This document shows positions 26,795-40,556 of a DNA stretch of 64,000 nt, piece by piece. A model generated the notes under the pieces. The model searched no databases, was not told the DNA's origin, and saw nothing but the letters and a program-made list of their open reading frames with translations. Numbering within the stretch: the first letter of the stretch is position 1; every line of letters starts with the position of its first letter. Source of the DNA: Selaginella moellendorffii (Eukaryota > Plantae > Lycopodiophyta); contig NW_003314350.1 of NCBI RefSeq assembly GCF_000143415.4, forward strand, positions 124,001 to 188,000. The letters run 5' to 3'. The position numbers and the translations under genes are program-made.

Positions 26795-28340
26795 TTAAAC
26801 CCTAGAAATATTTCTCTTTCGATTGTGCACTCCATCTTCCCATGTGAGATCTGAGAAACTCCATTTCGGCGCTTGGGGATCCGCCGCTATGTTTCCCTTG
26901 GCGGAGACGGTGACGCTGTAGGTCAGCTTCTGTCCGGGCTTGTGAAGCTCAGTTTGCTGGGAGTGACCGAGATCGAGATTCCCTTGGCGCTTCCCACGGA
27001 AGCGGTGTAGGTCGCGCCGGGATTTCCCACATTGGTCACTGGCCTCTCCACCGTCTTGCTGGATCGATCCAAGAGGACTGCGATGGAGGGATAGTTGAGG
27101 CTGAAAGAGGTGTCGTTCTTGGGGCATTTGCTGCTACTGTCGCCTGTGATGTTTTGGATTTGCTTGGAGGTATAGCCCGAGTTACAGAGATAGGTGATAT
27201 AGTCGAGAGGATCAGTGTCGTAGACTAGTCCTGGATCGACTGCTTTTGCTGGTTGGATCTCACCGTTTCCAACGTCGAAAACAGTCGCTGCCTTGTTAGT
27301 GCTTGGATCGACGATTGTTTTGTTGGTGTTGGCTTTGGTGATAGCTTGAGTCTCCAGTTTTATTTTGTTTTCTCTCGACTTACCTGTGGTCATGACTGCT
27401 GATTTGATCGCCGCAGGACTCCATGTTGGGTGAATGGATTTCAAGTAAGCGATGGTGCCACTGACGTGAGGGCACGCCATGGAAGTTCCAGAGAGAAAAG
27501 TGTACTCCACAAACACTTCCTTTCCATTGTCAGTGTCGGGGATATTGCTTGGCCAAGCTGCTAAGATCTCGACTCCTGGAGTGGTAACGTCCGGCTGCAA
27601 CGCGAGATAAGTCACAAGCTTCATGGTATGTCTTTCGAGTACCTTGATGATATCCGGACTGATTGTGTGTGGACCTCTTGACGAAAACTCCGCTACAAGA
27701 GGTGCTGGCTTGTAAGGAATCGTTGTTCCTCTGAGAATTCGTGATTTACGACTGCACAGAAAGCACGAGGCCAAGAGTAAGTTTCCATCACCTTTTGATC
27801 ATCTGTTATACTTACTTGGCTGCTATTTTAGCATCCTCGTTGATCTCCCTGTCGATTGTACTGGCACCAACTGTGAAGATCCAGGGAGCACCGTTGGACA
27901 CTGATCCAGTAAATGCTGTGTCCGAGCCAGAACCCGAGTTCGAGATGGAGCCCGAGCCCGACCCCGACATAGTGCACGCGGGGTGGAGCCCGGCAGCTCG
28001 CACATGCACTAGAAGTCCAACTGGGGGTGTGGAGCCGGGCACCTGAGGTCTGACCTCGGCTGCCCAACACTCTCATCCCCCACTATCCTTCCGGTGTTTA
28101 TGGCCTACCACGCCCCAGGGAGACAAGTGCTTTGTCTTTCCACCGTGTATGCCTCCACTACAGGTAACTCTCCATGATACTTGGCTATGCCGAGTTCCAC
28201 AAAACCTTCAATAGCTCACCTATTGATCCAAAGTTTCCACCAGCGCAAGAGACCATGATTCCTCTTTCAACGGCGTAATAGGCACCAATCGCAATGACGT
28301 CTATGCTGTAAACTGCGGGATAGCCTCCGAGATGGACTAA
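26795..28340 (-). pseudogene. Subtilisin-like protease (S8), C-terminal half only, disrupted
   Basis: DVIAIGAYYA..GIMVSCAGGN, NGAPWIFTVGAST, SGTSMACPHV, LNYPS and Fn3 tail. The N-terminal Asp/His region is missing, there is an insertion and there are frameshifts. Confidence 0.85.
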
Positions 28341-29379
28341 GCGATTGTTTAGATTGCTAAACCTTTCTTTTTCTTTTTATCTTTGTTTTTTCAGCAGGAA
28401 AAAGAAAATTTTCGCTGAGCATAATTCCTAGCTCGCTGAAGAGCTCACAATGAGGTCTGCCAACTTGCTGGAAGAGCGAAACCGAAATGCACAATCGGAG
28501 GCTGAGTTGCAAGCCAAGAATTCTTCCTTGCTACTGGCTGTTGATTGATGACTTGAATATTGAAAGGGCTGCCAAGGAGAAAGAAGAAGCTCTGGTACGA
28601 AGTCGAAAGATCTGGAAACGGAAAAACATGGATTATCTGGTGTAAGATCGTTGTAAAATGACTTGCAATGTCAGGAATTGCGATTTGTCAAAGAGGATAC
28701 TGGCCTTAAAGAACATTTATCAATTGAAGCTACCACTGAAGATCTGTATTTTCTTGTTTTACTTTCCTACTGACAGAATCTCCTATTTAACAGACATCAA
28801 AGCTGGCCAAACTTTATAAACACAGTGGTCTAAAAATTAGTGCACACTTCTCTAGGATGTATGTTCTTAGTCTCCATTGACCACTACTCTGCATAAAAAA
28901 CTGCAATCCAGCCATCATCTACCACCATTTTCTAGGAAAGTCCCAAAGCATGGTGGATGATGTCTTTGTTATAAACTTGCCAGTTATCAACTTTGTGTTT
29001 ATCATTCACATAGCACAAGGTGAGTGCCATACTGTTGAGAGGTGTATGTAAAATCCCACCTCCCGCTTATGCTTCTAAGCTGGCATTGGGGGTTTCAGCC
29101 ATCCCAATGTTCATCAACTCCCATTTTCCTGTGGAGACTGCAACAAGGAGGGGAGATCCAAAGCCATCTTTGGTCTTCCTCAATGTTTTCTTGTTGAAAA
29201 GCACTACTACTGTTTTTTTCTTCCGTCCTTGTTTTTTTTGTTGCCTTGACAGCAACCCCAGAAAGCATTTCTCCAATCTCCTCTAAATTTGAAATTCCAT
29301 GGGAAACTTGTGTTTGCCATTGTTCATGTTGTTGTTGAAAGCCTTCACCAAACACGCCTCCCCGATCAGCCGTACGCAC

Positions 29380-29660
29380 TCACATATGGTCGCGACCAAG
29401 ATCTTCTTGGCATCTAATCAAACTCCACAATGGCCGCCTCCACTCTATGCAATCCACACAAGCATCTGCTCGATCACCTCCACTGCCTCGTCCAGCTTCC
29501 CAGCCTTGCAAATCTCCGCTATGGAAAGGCTGGATGTCGCAGCGTGTGGACCGTGCGACAAACCCGAATCACACTGGCAACGCTGCACAACGCTCTTGCG
29601 GATTGCCCGAATCACACTGGCAAAATCGACCATTCGCCGCTTACCTTCTCCATCAAAGTA
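29380..29660 (-). pseudogene. Internally deleted PPR gene paralog
   Basis: Start MVDFASVIRAIR and upstream sequence match the PPR start at 20997, followed directly by E-domain-like AGKLDEAVEVIEQM. Confidence 0.7.
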
Positions 29661-30135
29661 GGAGATGAAACCAAGAATGTTTAAATTGTAGCATATTCCC
29701 TATCGAATAATTCATACGAATATAGAATATGCTTACCAATATAGAATATGAGTATGGAATATTCTAGCTCCTGCTTAGAACCTCGAGAGCTTGGAGAAGC
29801 TAAACTTGAATGGGTTCCAAAGGAGACCAATCTTCAAGAGATTCCATCCACCAAGTATCTGCCATAGCCACTACCCATGAATCCTCATGAAGAAATCCAG
29901 AGTGAAGAAGAAACACAAGAGCGGGATAGCAAGCCAAGTTACATGAGCAAGCCGGTGAATTCCAGCGAACTTTGGTACCACCCGAGCATCATCAGCTGAG
30001 CCACAGCAAGCACAGATCAATCCCAGAGAAAGGAGCAAAGAAAACTGAAGTAAACCGAGGCTTGCTTGCTTGCTCGCTCGCTTGCAATCGCTCCAGAGCG
30101 ACAACGTAATCGCTGCGTTGTCGCTTGCCAAGCTT

Positions 30136-32154
<2,019 letters not shown>

Positions 32155-32201
32155 CTAGGGCACAGTTGGAAAGGACACGTCTTTTAAGAGCGCTGGTTCT
32201 C

Positions 32202-33027
32202 TTACACGCAAGTAGAAACCGTGACAATGTCGGAGATCCAGCCAATGTACTCGAATTTGCAGCGGTGCTCCACGGTGTGGAGCTCCTGCGCGTTCTTCTT
32301 GAGGTATCGCCAGAAGCTGGGCGATCCAGGGAAGCCCATATTGTCCGCCACGATCACGCTGCCACTCTTGAGCAGCCCCTCTTCCTTGAGCTGGAGATAA
32401 TCCTTGAGATAGACGTTCTTGTTGTGATCAATGAAGACCAGATCGATGGCGCTCAGCTGGAGCTCGTCGCGGATGATCGATTTGAGCTCCGCAAGGCAAG
32501 TCTCGAGCGTGCCCTCGAGAACGCGGACCCTATCAGAGAGACCTGCGAGAGATAATCAGGGCCGTTAGCTTCAAAATCGCGATCCAACGGTGAAGAACAC
32601 ACGAGGAAGAACACGAGCTACTCACCTGCAATCTCCACCATTTTCCTCGCGATCTCGACGTTCTGGGGATTCATCTCAATGCTGATCAGCAGCCCATTTG
32701 GATCTTTCATCCGCGACGCGATTCTCACGGCCGAGTAGCCGCAGTAAGCACCCAGCTCCAGCGCGAGCCGGGGATTGGAGCGCTCCACAACCGAGTCGAG
32801 AATGGGGCCTTTGTCGTCGCCGATGTTCATGAACCACGTCCCCTTGGATGCGGTGTAGCGATCGATTACATCCAGCACGGATTTGGGATTCCCTGGCTCG
32901 GCCTCTGCGACTACGTGCTCGAGGAGGCGCTGCTCTCGCCCATCGCCCACCTGGCCCCGGAAGAATTACTCGGGCTCGTCATCGCCCGGAGGAAGGAGAG
33001 CGTCTTGGACACGGAGGGAGGAAGCAT
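32202..33027 (-). CDS. Catechol O-methyltransferase (COMT-type), 2 exons (intron 32543-32625), apparent 1-nt frameshift near 32965
   Basis: MNIGDDKG, LELGAYCGYSA, FIDH, IVADN..PG, EY. The ATG at 33027 is out of frame by 1 nt with QVGDGRE. Confidence 0.85.
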
Positions 33028-33462
33028 TCCTTCTTTCCTTTCTAGCTCTGCCAAAGGAGAGAGATCTTGGATCGATCGATCTATCTCTCTATCTCACTTC
33101 AGTGATGGATTGGACCTATGGAATCGATAAAAAGCAAGCTAAGAACCAAGATCTCTCTTTTCTCTTGGGATTTTTTAGCGGTTTGTGCAAACGGTGATGG
33201 AATTAATGAGCCAGGGTCGGTTGGTCACGTTTTCGAACGAAAGCGTACCCGGAATCTCGAGAGAATCTCTCGTTCATTTATGATGGGAGAAAGATAGATC
33301 TGTCCTTCCTAACAATCCAAGGAAATTTCAAGCTTTGATCGATCATTTTATATATACTGTTTGCGATGGGTGTCGTGAATCCCACGAAGATAATCTCTAT
33401 ACGATGATCCTGTACAGCTCAAGCGAGAATTTTCTTTTCTTTTTTCTCTCTTTTCACTTCGT

Positions 33463-35554
33463 TTATGTGCCTATAGGTGATCGATCGTCTGGGCCGGCGA
33501 GCATCACCTGCGAATGAGAAGAAAACGTTAGAAGCACACCAACAAGAAGAGAATTCTTACATTGCAATCAAACGCAAATCTTCGTGCCAGCATGATCGCA
33601 GCGTTTCGCTCGCGCTCGGACTCAAATCCAAGCATGTAAGTCAGGCCTCGCTTCACAAGCCAAAACATGGCGAGAGGAGCGGCCTGTCCGCCGCCTCTTG
33701 CTCCGCAAAGCTGCAAAATGGAAGCTTTCGATCAGTATCCTCGTTTGTCCTCAAAGAGTTCAAAGCTTACCTGCATGCCGGCGGCGTATTTCTCTTTGAT
33801 CTTCGTTGTCAGTCCTTTACGGAGCTTCATACGGAGTCTTCCAATCTCCAAAGCGTGCAATGCTTGCTTTTCTACGTACTCGCCATTCTGCTGTACAATA
33901 ACTACCTGCAAAAAACGAAAAGCTTCGTTGTTTCTTCAAAAGAGATCTTGTCCATCACTAACATTAAACTCTGAACCGCCCTTCTTTGCCAACGCTTCGA
34001 CGTAGTTCCCCAATCCAGGCGCTGGAAAAGAAAGAGATGTGTTATCCTTGAATGGGAATAAGCTACGAACCTGGATCAACAGGGCCAGTTGTAGATAAGA
34101 ATTCTTTCGCTCCATCTGGTAGAGTAATATCCACTCGCAAAATTCTTCCAGCATCAAACGGGTCCGGAGCGTATTGTGACTTAACAGCACCTGGTGTTCA
34201 CTTGTCAGTCACAGGTAGAAATTGCATAACACGTCTAGAGATTTCTTTACCTGATATGAGTTCCTTTTTACCCCCGTCAGCTGAGATCCGATGCCATTGG
34301 AATTTGCAGGAGGATAGATCGGGTGCTTGCTCGTCTACAGGCGATAAGCTTAGCAAAGATCCCAGACATTCAGTACCATCGACACGATAAACTCTCGCAT
34401 TAGCTCCGTGTTTTGCAACATCCAACTGCAGACATACATATCACAGGTAAGTGGAGCTCATAAACTTGAAAGAGACTCGTCACCTCTTTCCTTAGTTGCA
34501 GAACCTCCGCTGACTTCACGTCAAATTGTTGTTGGATAGCTTGAAGTTTGTAGTCCATGTCCATGACCTGCACAACCTCCAGTTATGTGACAAGCCAACT
34601 AGAAATGGAAACTAATGCAAAAAGAAGGAAAGAGAGAACCTTGCTAGGCTCGTGAAGCATTTTTATTCTTCGAGCTTCTTGAACTTCGCGCCTCATTGCC
34701 TCGAGTTCCTGGCAGTGAAAGTTCCTGCTTGAGTTCCTCGAAAGCTGATATATGCTTACTTACAGCTCTTTCGGAATCACTGTAGCTACGCCTCTGTTGC
34801 TCAGTAGTCAACGCCTCGACTCTCAAAACTGAAGCCTTCGCCTTCTCAATCTCTGCCTGTGCCACGGAGCGAGCTTCTTCCACCATCTTCTTAGCTTCAC
34901 CTGAAGCCTACAGAAAACAACACATTAGAAAGACAAAACTGAGAGATAAAATATTGTCTGGATCGTTGCAAACCTGCTTGAAAAGAGTAGCCATTTTCCG
35001 GAGCTCAATCTTTTCCTGGGACATTTCAATCTCTCGTTGCACGAGCTGAATGCCCAAAGCCTCCACCTATGAAGATCTTCCTTGTGAGAAAAGGAAAGAA
35101 ACAAACATAAGAATCACGCATTGCTTCAGACCAGAGTCACGGATTCCTCGACATCATCTCTGTTTCGGCCAGCTACACGGCCTCCAAGCGCATCCAAAAC
35201 GTTTCTTAGCTTAGTGATAAGCTCTTGCCTCTCGAGCATGAGAGCGCTCTGGAGCTTCTCCTGTGATACATGAAGAACATAAGAAGATGGAGAGAGAGAA
35301 AAGAGAAGGAGACTTATTTCACTCACATCTTCGGCGAGTTTTGCCGCGGCAGCGTGGGCAGCTTCCTGTCCTCGCTCGAATTTACTCGCCAGGTCACGAA
35401 CAGACAATCGCTTCTGCTGCGCGACGAGGTCAGCAGCCTCCTTGGCCAGAATTTCACGCCTGGAAGGCGATGGTTGATCTTCCTCATCGCTTCCCAGCGC
35501 TAGAAACACGCTCCGCACCAATTTGATGTCTGCTTCCACACCCAGCGGCATCAT
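33463..35554 (-). CDS. SCAB: Stomatal closure-related actin-binding protein family, multi-exon
   Basis: EILAKEAADL..QQKRLSVRDLASKFE and C-terminal FESERERNAAIMLARRFAFDCN. Confidence 0.92.
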
Positions 35555-36516
35555 CTCATGCCCGATCGATTGGATTCATGCGAATTGGAAGAAATTCGTC
35601 CTAGGGCATGATCCCGCTGCGCGCATTGGCAGCGAGAGCCCCGAGAATCCAGTTACCTGGGATTGCCGAGCTCTAGAGATGCAAATCGAGCGCCAGCATC
35701 TCCAGACCACAGCGCCAGAGAAGAAGAACACAAAATAGAGGAACTCCAAACAGAATCAAAAGGAAATAAAGCTTCCCGATCTTGACCGTCCATCGCAGCA
35801 CTGTATCTGCACCGTCCAGCTGGACAGTCATCCAACGGCTGTCACGCACGTGTCGCGTAAAGAGCAATCCGACGGCTGGGCGCCGCTCATCATGATGTAA
35901 GGTCGAAGCTATGTGGTCACATTCTCGCCTAACACCACGATATAGAAATTTTTGGAATGATGATTCGCAGCAACGAGAAACCATGTTGATTCTATCATAC
36001 CTCCCTTTCATTTCTTAAAGACAAGGTTTGATAGACCATGAGGTGTAGCCCACATTCGTTCGTTTCCCAGAAGAAGAAATCGCGAATGGCAGACAAGAAG
36101 GTCCTGGGTTCAACTCCTCTAGGGCTTGTAATGAAAAATAATTCCACATCGTTTGTCAACTTTTAAAAGGTTAGAGATAAGTAGAGATTGGGCCCCACTT
36201 TATCCATACCACATGCGTGACCGGACACGTGTCCCGGCAACCGGCTGGTGATTTTGCGAAGAACACGAAATGCGAAAATAACTATAAGTAAAGAAGGCGA
36301 GAGAGATTGCGTCTCTCGTCGGCATTTTCTCGAGCTTGGCTAGGGTTTGCGGCGCGCGCGTCGTGTGCTCTTGGCGGCAATCGATTTGTTGTCGCGATTC
36401 CTGGGAAGGAAATCGCTGTAGCATAGGAGGAGGAGCGGCAAAACGTCGTCAGCTGGATCGATCTCGCTTGGTCTTGTTGCGATCGCACAGTGGCCGTCTT
36501 TCTCTAGGGTTTTGGA

Positions 36517-38919
36517 ATGGGAGGCGAGGATAATCTCGATGCCGCGCCTGTCATGCCGCCGAATTTCGGCGCTGCGTCGATCGATGCGCACAAGGAGGGC
36601 CAGGAGAGGGAGATCGGCAAGCACGGATTGAAGAAGCTCCTTGTCAAGGCCGGGGAAGGATGGGAGAGGCCGAGCACTGGGGACGAGGTCAAAGGTATGA
36701 AGTGCTCGTGGTTAGAGAGATTGGCACTAATGAGAAGAAAATGTGTGTTTTCTTTGTAGTTCACTACACTGGCATGCTTCTCGATGGAACCGAATTTGAT
36801 TCCAGTAGAGATCGAGGAGAGCCTTTCTCATTCAAGCTTGGTGTTGGTAACCATCACGTCTTTTCGATCGTTTTGCCTACCTTGATACCTCATTTTTCAC
36901 GTTTTATCTTTGTTTGCGCAGGTCAAGTTATCAAGGGATGGGACCATGGCATTTCTACAATGAGGAAAGGAGAGACTGCTACATTTACAATTCCGCCAGA
37001 GCTTGCCTACGGAGAAGCTGGCGCTGGCCCGTCGATTCCCGGCAATGCAACGCTCAAGTTCGATGTGGAGCTGCTCTCGTGGGACAGCATCAAGGAAATT
37101 TGCAAGGACGGAGGCATTTTAAAGAAGATTGTGGCCGAGGGTCGCAACTGGGCGACTCCCAAGGATGACGACGAAGTTCTGGGTGAGTTTTTGATATTTA
37201 AAAGCTATAGTGAAACGACTTTTGATTGTTGCTGGCAGTGAGATTTGAGGCGAAGCTGGAAGATGGAACTGTCGTGGCAACAACGCCACTGGCTGGAGTT
37301 GAATTTCGCGTCACAGATGGTGAGCTCCCACCGTTTACCTTTATACCATCCAATCATCTACAGCTTATTTACAGTGTATGCTCTGTTGCAGGATACCTTT
37401 GCCCCGCTATCAGCAAGGCTGTGAGAACCATGAAAAGGGAGGAGAAAGTTATTCTCACGGTAAAGTCGCAATGTAAGAATGAGCAGAATGAAAATTCCAG
37501 CATCTCCTTGTCTAACGTTGTAGCTATAACTGATAGATGGATTTGGAGAAGCTGGGAAGAAGGCACACGGTAATGAATGTGCTATTCCGCCAAACGCGAG
37601 TTTGATTATCAGCTTAGAGCTTTTGTCGTGGAGAGTCGTAGACTATATCACGCCGGATAGGAAGGTTGTGAAGAAAATTCTCAAGCAGGGTGAGGGTTAC
37701 GAAATGCCTAACGATGGATCACTTGTTAAAGGTAAGAAAGGTCGATTATCGTCTTTTAGTGTTGCTATGTCTATAAATCTTGCAGTCAAGTACGTGGGAA
37801 AGCTTGCAAATGGGAGGGTGTTTGACGAGAGAGGCCTAGCTGGTGAACTGTTCGAATTCAGAGTTGATGAAGGTAATATTGCAAGTTTTTCTCCGTGAAA
37901 CAGATTCTAAACTCTACCTTTGTGTGTGAAGAACAAGTGATATCTGGATTGGATAAAGCTGTTTCTAAAATGAAGAAGGGAGAGGTTTCCCTGATTACCA
38001 TTGATCCTGAGTATGGCTATGGTAATTCTGTCACTCGTGGAAGTTTGAGCCTTATACCTGCGAATTCAACGCTTACCTACGAACTGGAGCTGGATTCTTT
38101 CGTAAAGGTGGGGAAGTCTACATTTACTCACAATGATAATGCTTGGTACAGGAAAAGGATCCATGGGATATGGATACAGGGGAAAAGCTGAAAGCTGCCG
38201 GTCAGAAGAAAGAAGACGGGAATGCTCTTTTTAAAGCCGGTAAATATCAGCGCGCCTCAAGCAAGTATGAAAAGGTATTGTTTCACGAAAGCTAAGCGAT
38301 GAGCTGACCCCTCGTCTTTCCGCAGGCCATAAAGTACATCCAGCACGATAACTCCTTCAGTGAGGAGGAAAAAAAAGTCGTAAAGAAACTCAGGGCCAGC
38401 AGCAATCTGAACAATGCGGCGTGTAAGCTAAAGCTGAAGGAATACCAGGAAGCAGCAAAACTATGCACAACGGTACATTTAATTTTGCAGGTATTTGGTT
38501 GAAGGCTTTCTTCCTCCCAGGTTTTGCAAGTGGAGTCCCAGAATGTGAAGGCTTTGTATCGGAGAGCACAGGCTTACGTTGAAACTTTGGACTTGGATCT
38601 GGCCGAGTGGGATCTAAGGAAAGCGTTGGAGCTTGATCCCAATAACAGGTAACTCTGCCTAGTCCTCTATCAACGTGCTTCACATTTTCTCCTTGTTTTT
38701 TTCTTTTTGCGAGGCAGGGAGGTGAAGGTCGAGCTAACAAGGCTAAAACAAAAGGTTTGCGAGTACAACAAGATACAGGCGAAGATGTACGGAAACATGT
38801 TTGCTCGTCTAAGCAAGAAGGTGGAAGATAGAGGAACGGAGGTACAAGAGGTAAGCGAGCTTTCGAAGTTGCAAATGGCTTTAGCTGACATAGTGCTGTG
38901 CAGCCGGAGCGCATGGTAA
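36517..38919 (+). CDS. ROF1: FKBP62/ROF1-type peptidyl-prolyl isomerase (3 FKBP domains + TPR), multi-exon
   Basis: [30 protein letters not shown] region [17 protein letters not shown]. Confidence 0.93.
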
Positions 38920-39035
38920 CGGAGAATTAGAGCCTGATCCTTCGTGATCCGCAATTTTGAGGTTAGCTTGGTTGTTTTAACCGCCCTAGGTGCCCTCCAA
39001 GCGCAAAGAAGTTTTGTTTCTGAGAAGCCAAGGAA

Positions 39036-39578
39036 ATGAGTCGACAACCATTGGTGGAAGTAGAGCTGTTTATCGATGGTAAAGGGCCGGAGCATGTTTT
39101 CAAGGCCCCGCTTGGGGGCTGGGATCAGAACCGGCTCGACTTGGAACAGATCATGATCGACTACAAGCTGCGAGCAATCTATGCCTACTCGCTGAGTAGT
39201 GGGCGAGGCCAGCGGCTGCGCTACAATCCCAGGAATGGCCTCTCGATGCTTCCTTACTCCGGCAAGAGCGATAGCATCATTCGACTCGATGGCGATCCAA
39301 AGGTTCGAAAGTTCTCCATTTTATTTTTCCGAAAGTTCTACCTTGAATGGATTTCTATGATTTTGCAGAGGTCGCGGCTGGTGCCAGTGATAAAAATTGG
39401 TGTTGGAATCGGCTTCATCGTCGCGATGGTAACTTGCATCTTTGTGGATTTTAGTAGCGACTGGATCCAGGCTCTACGCAACGCAAGCGCTGGGAGGATG
39501 ATGCTGGTGGTTTGTTTCGTCACCATGATCATCCTCCAGATCTCGAGACAGGCCAGGTCTCACAAGAAGAGGCTCTAA
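39036..39578 (+). CDS. Small conserved plant membrane protein of unknown function (one intron ~39303-39368)
   Basis: VEVELF..GKGP..VFK..LGGWDQ.RLD, RYNPRNGLS and two C-terminal hydrophobic segments. Confidence 0.75.
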   Translation: MSRQPLVEVELFIDGKGPEHVFKAPLGGWDQNRLDLEQIMIDYKLRAIYAYSLSSGRGQRLRYNPRNGLSMLPYSGKSDSIIRLDGDPKVRKFSILFFRKFYLEWISMILQRSRLVPVIKIGVGIGFIVAMVTCIFVDFSSDWIQALRNASAGRMMLVVCFVTMIILQISRQARSHKKRL

Positions 39579-39646
39579 GATCTGGAAGTGATAGACAAGT
39601 AAAAAGACAAGTGAGAAGTTTTACTCTTTTACGCATCACTCCTCTT

Positions 39647-40483
39647 TTACGCATCACTCTCTTCGTCTGGGAGGTAAGTCAAGCGAAAGATGGGATGGTT
39701 GACAGTTCGAACGCCCTGTAAAAGTGCTTCTTGATGAGTAAATAAAGTTCTCTTTTTTACGTGAGTAGAACTTACTTGCCAGAGCCATTGTGGAATCCTT
39801 GGAGGAATGAGTATGCTCCCTTGGAAGGACTCCACAAACTGGGACTCCTCTCGAGAAATCTCTCCGGTTCTCTGGAATCGACAAAACTCCGCCGTCGATG
39901 TGGATAAGTTCCAGCACTGGAGCTTTCTCAGACACATTACCTGATCCACAGAAAATCACCACCTCGTGAAAAAAATAAAACGAAGTAAAAACTGTTACTT
40001 ACCACAAGGCCGGTGACATGAGCTCCATCCAAGCAGTGCAAGTAAGCCGGCAAATTCTCCACGGAGATTATCCTGTGAAGGATTTCCACAACTTGGTTGT
40101 GGGAGAGTGTCACGACATCCTGCCAAAGTTAAGAGAATTTCAGAAGAATTTACTCGAGAAGGATCAAAACAATAGACCTGGAATTTGTCCACATGAAAGT
40201 GCTGCAGATGGATCCCTTGGTCTTGACAAAAGCTCCTGAGATCTTTGTTGGGTTGAGCCTCTGGAGTGAGCGATACTATCGTCTTCAAGTGTAGCCGCTT
40301 CAAGAATCTAAAGTTCTTCATCGTTGGGTAAGCCCCCCTGTGCAAGAAAGAAGAAAATTCTCTAGAGTTAGTACTCCTCTAGAAAGGAGAAAGATCAAAA
40401 GCTTACCTGTACAGCGATTCTTCCACAATCGCATACCTGAATGGAGGAATGAGCTGCGTCTGGAAGCTCTTGGCTGTCTCCAT
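39647..40483 (-). CDS. OCA6/Siw14-like (PFA-DSP) phosphatase family protein, multi-exon
   Basis: LIPPFRYAIVEESLYRGAYP..KNFRFLKRLHLKTIVSLTPE, HCLDGAHVTG, CLRKLQCW. Confidence 0.85.
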
Positions 40484-40556
40484 ACCCTCTCAAACAGTAG
40501 CCTACAAACCTATACCTTCTAAAGACGAAAAAACAAAGTTGTCTAGCTTGCCTTGT

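Noticed and set aside
28380-29300. Coiled-coil-like and other coding-looking fragments
   Set aside because: Interrupted by stops and not assignable to a family.
29871-30131. Possible signal-peptide exon of the subtilase
   Set aside because: No inhibitor I9 or catalytic Asp/His exons connect it to the subtilase remnant.
36040-36125. Possible tRNA/SINE (GGTTCAACTCC B-box-like)
   Set aside because: No cloverleaf or convincing A-box.
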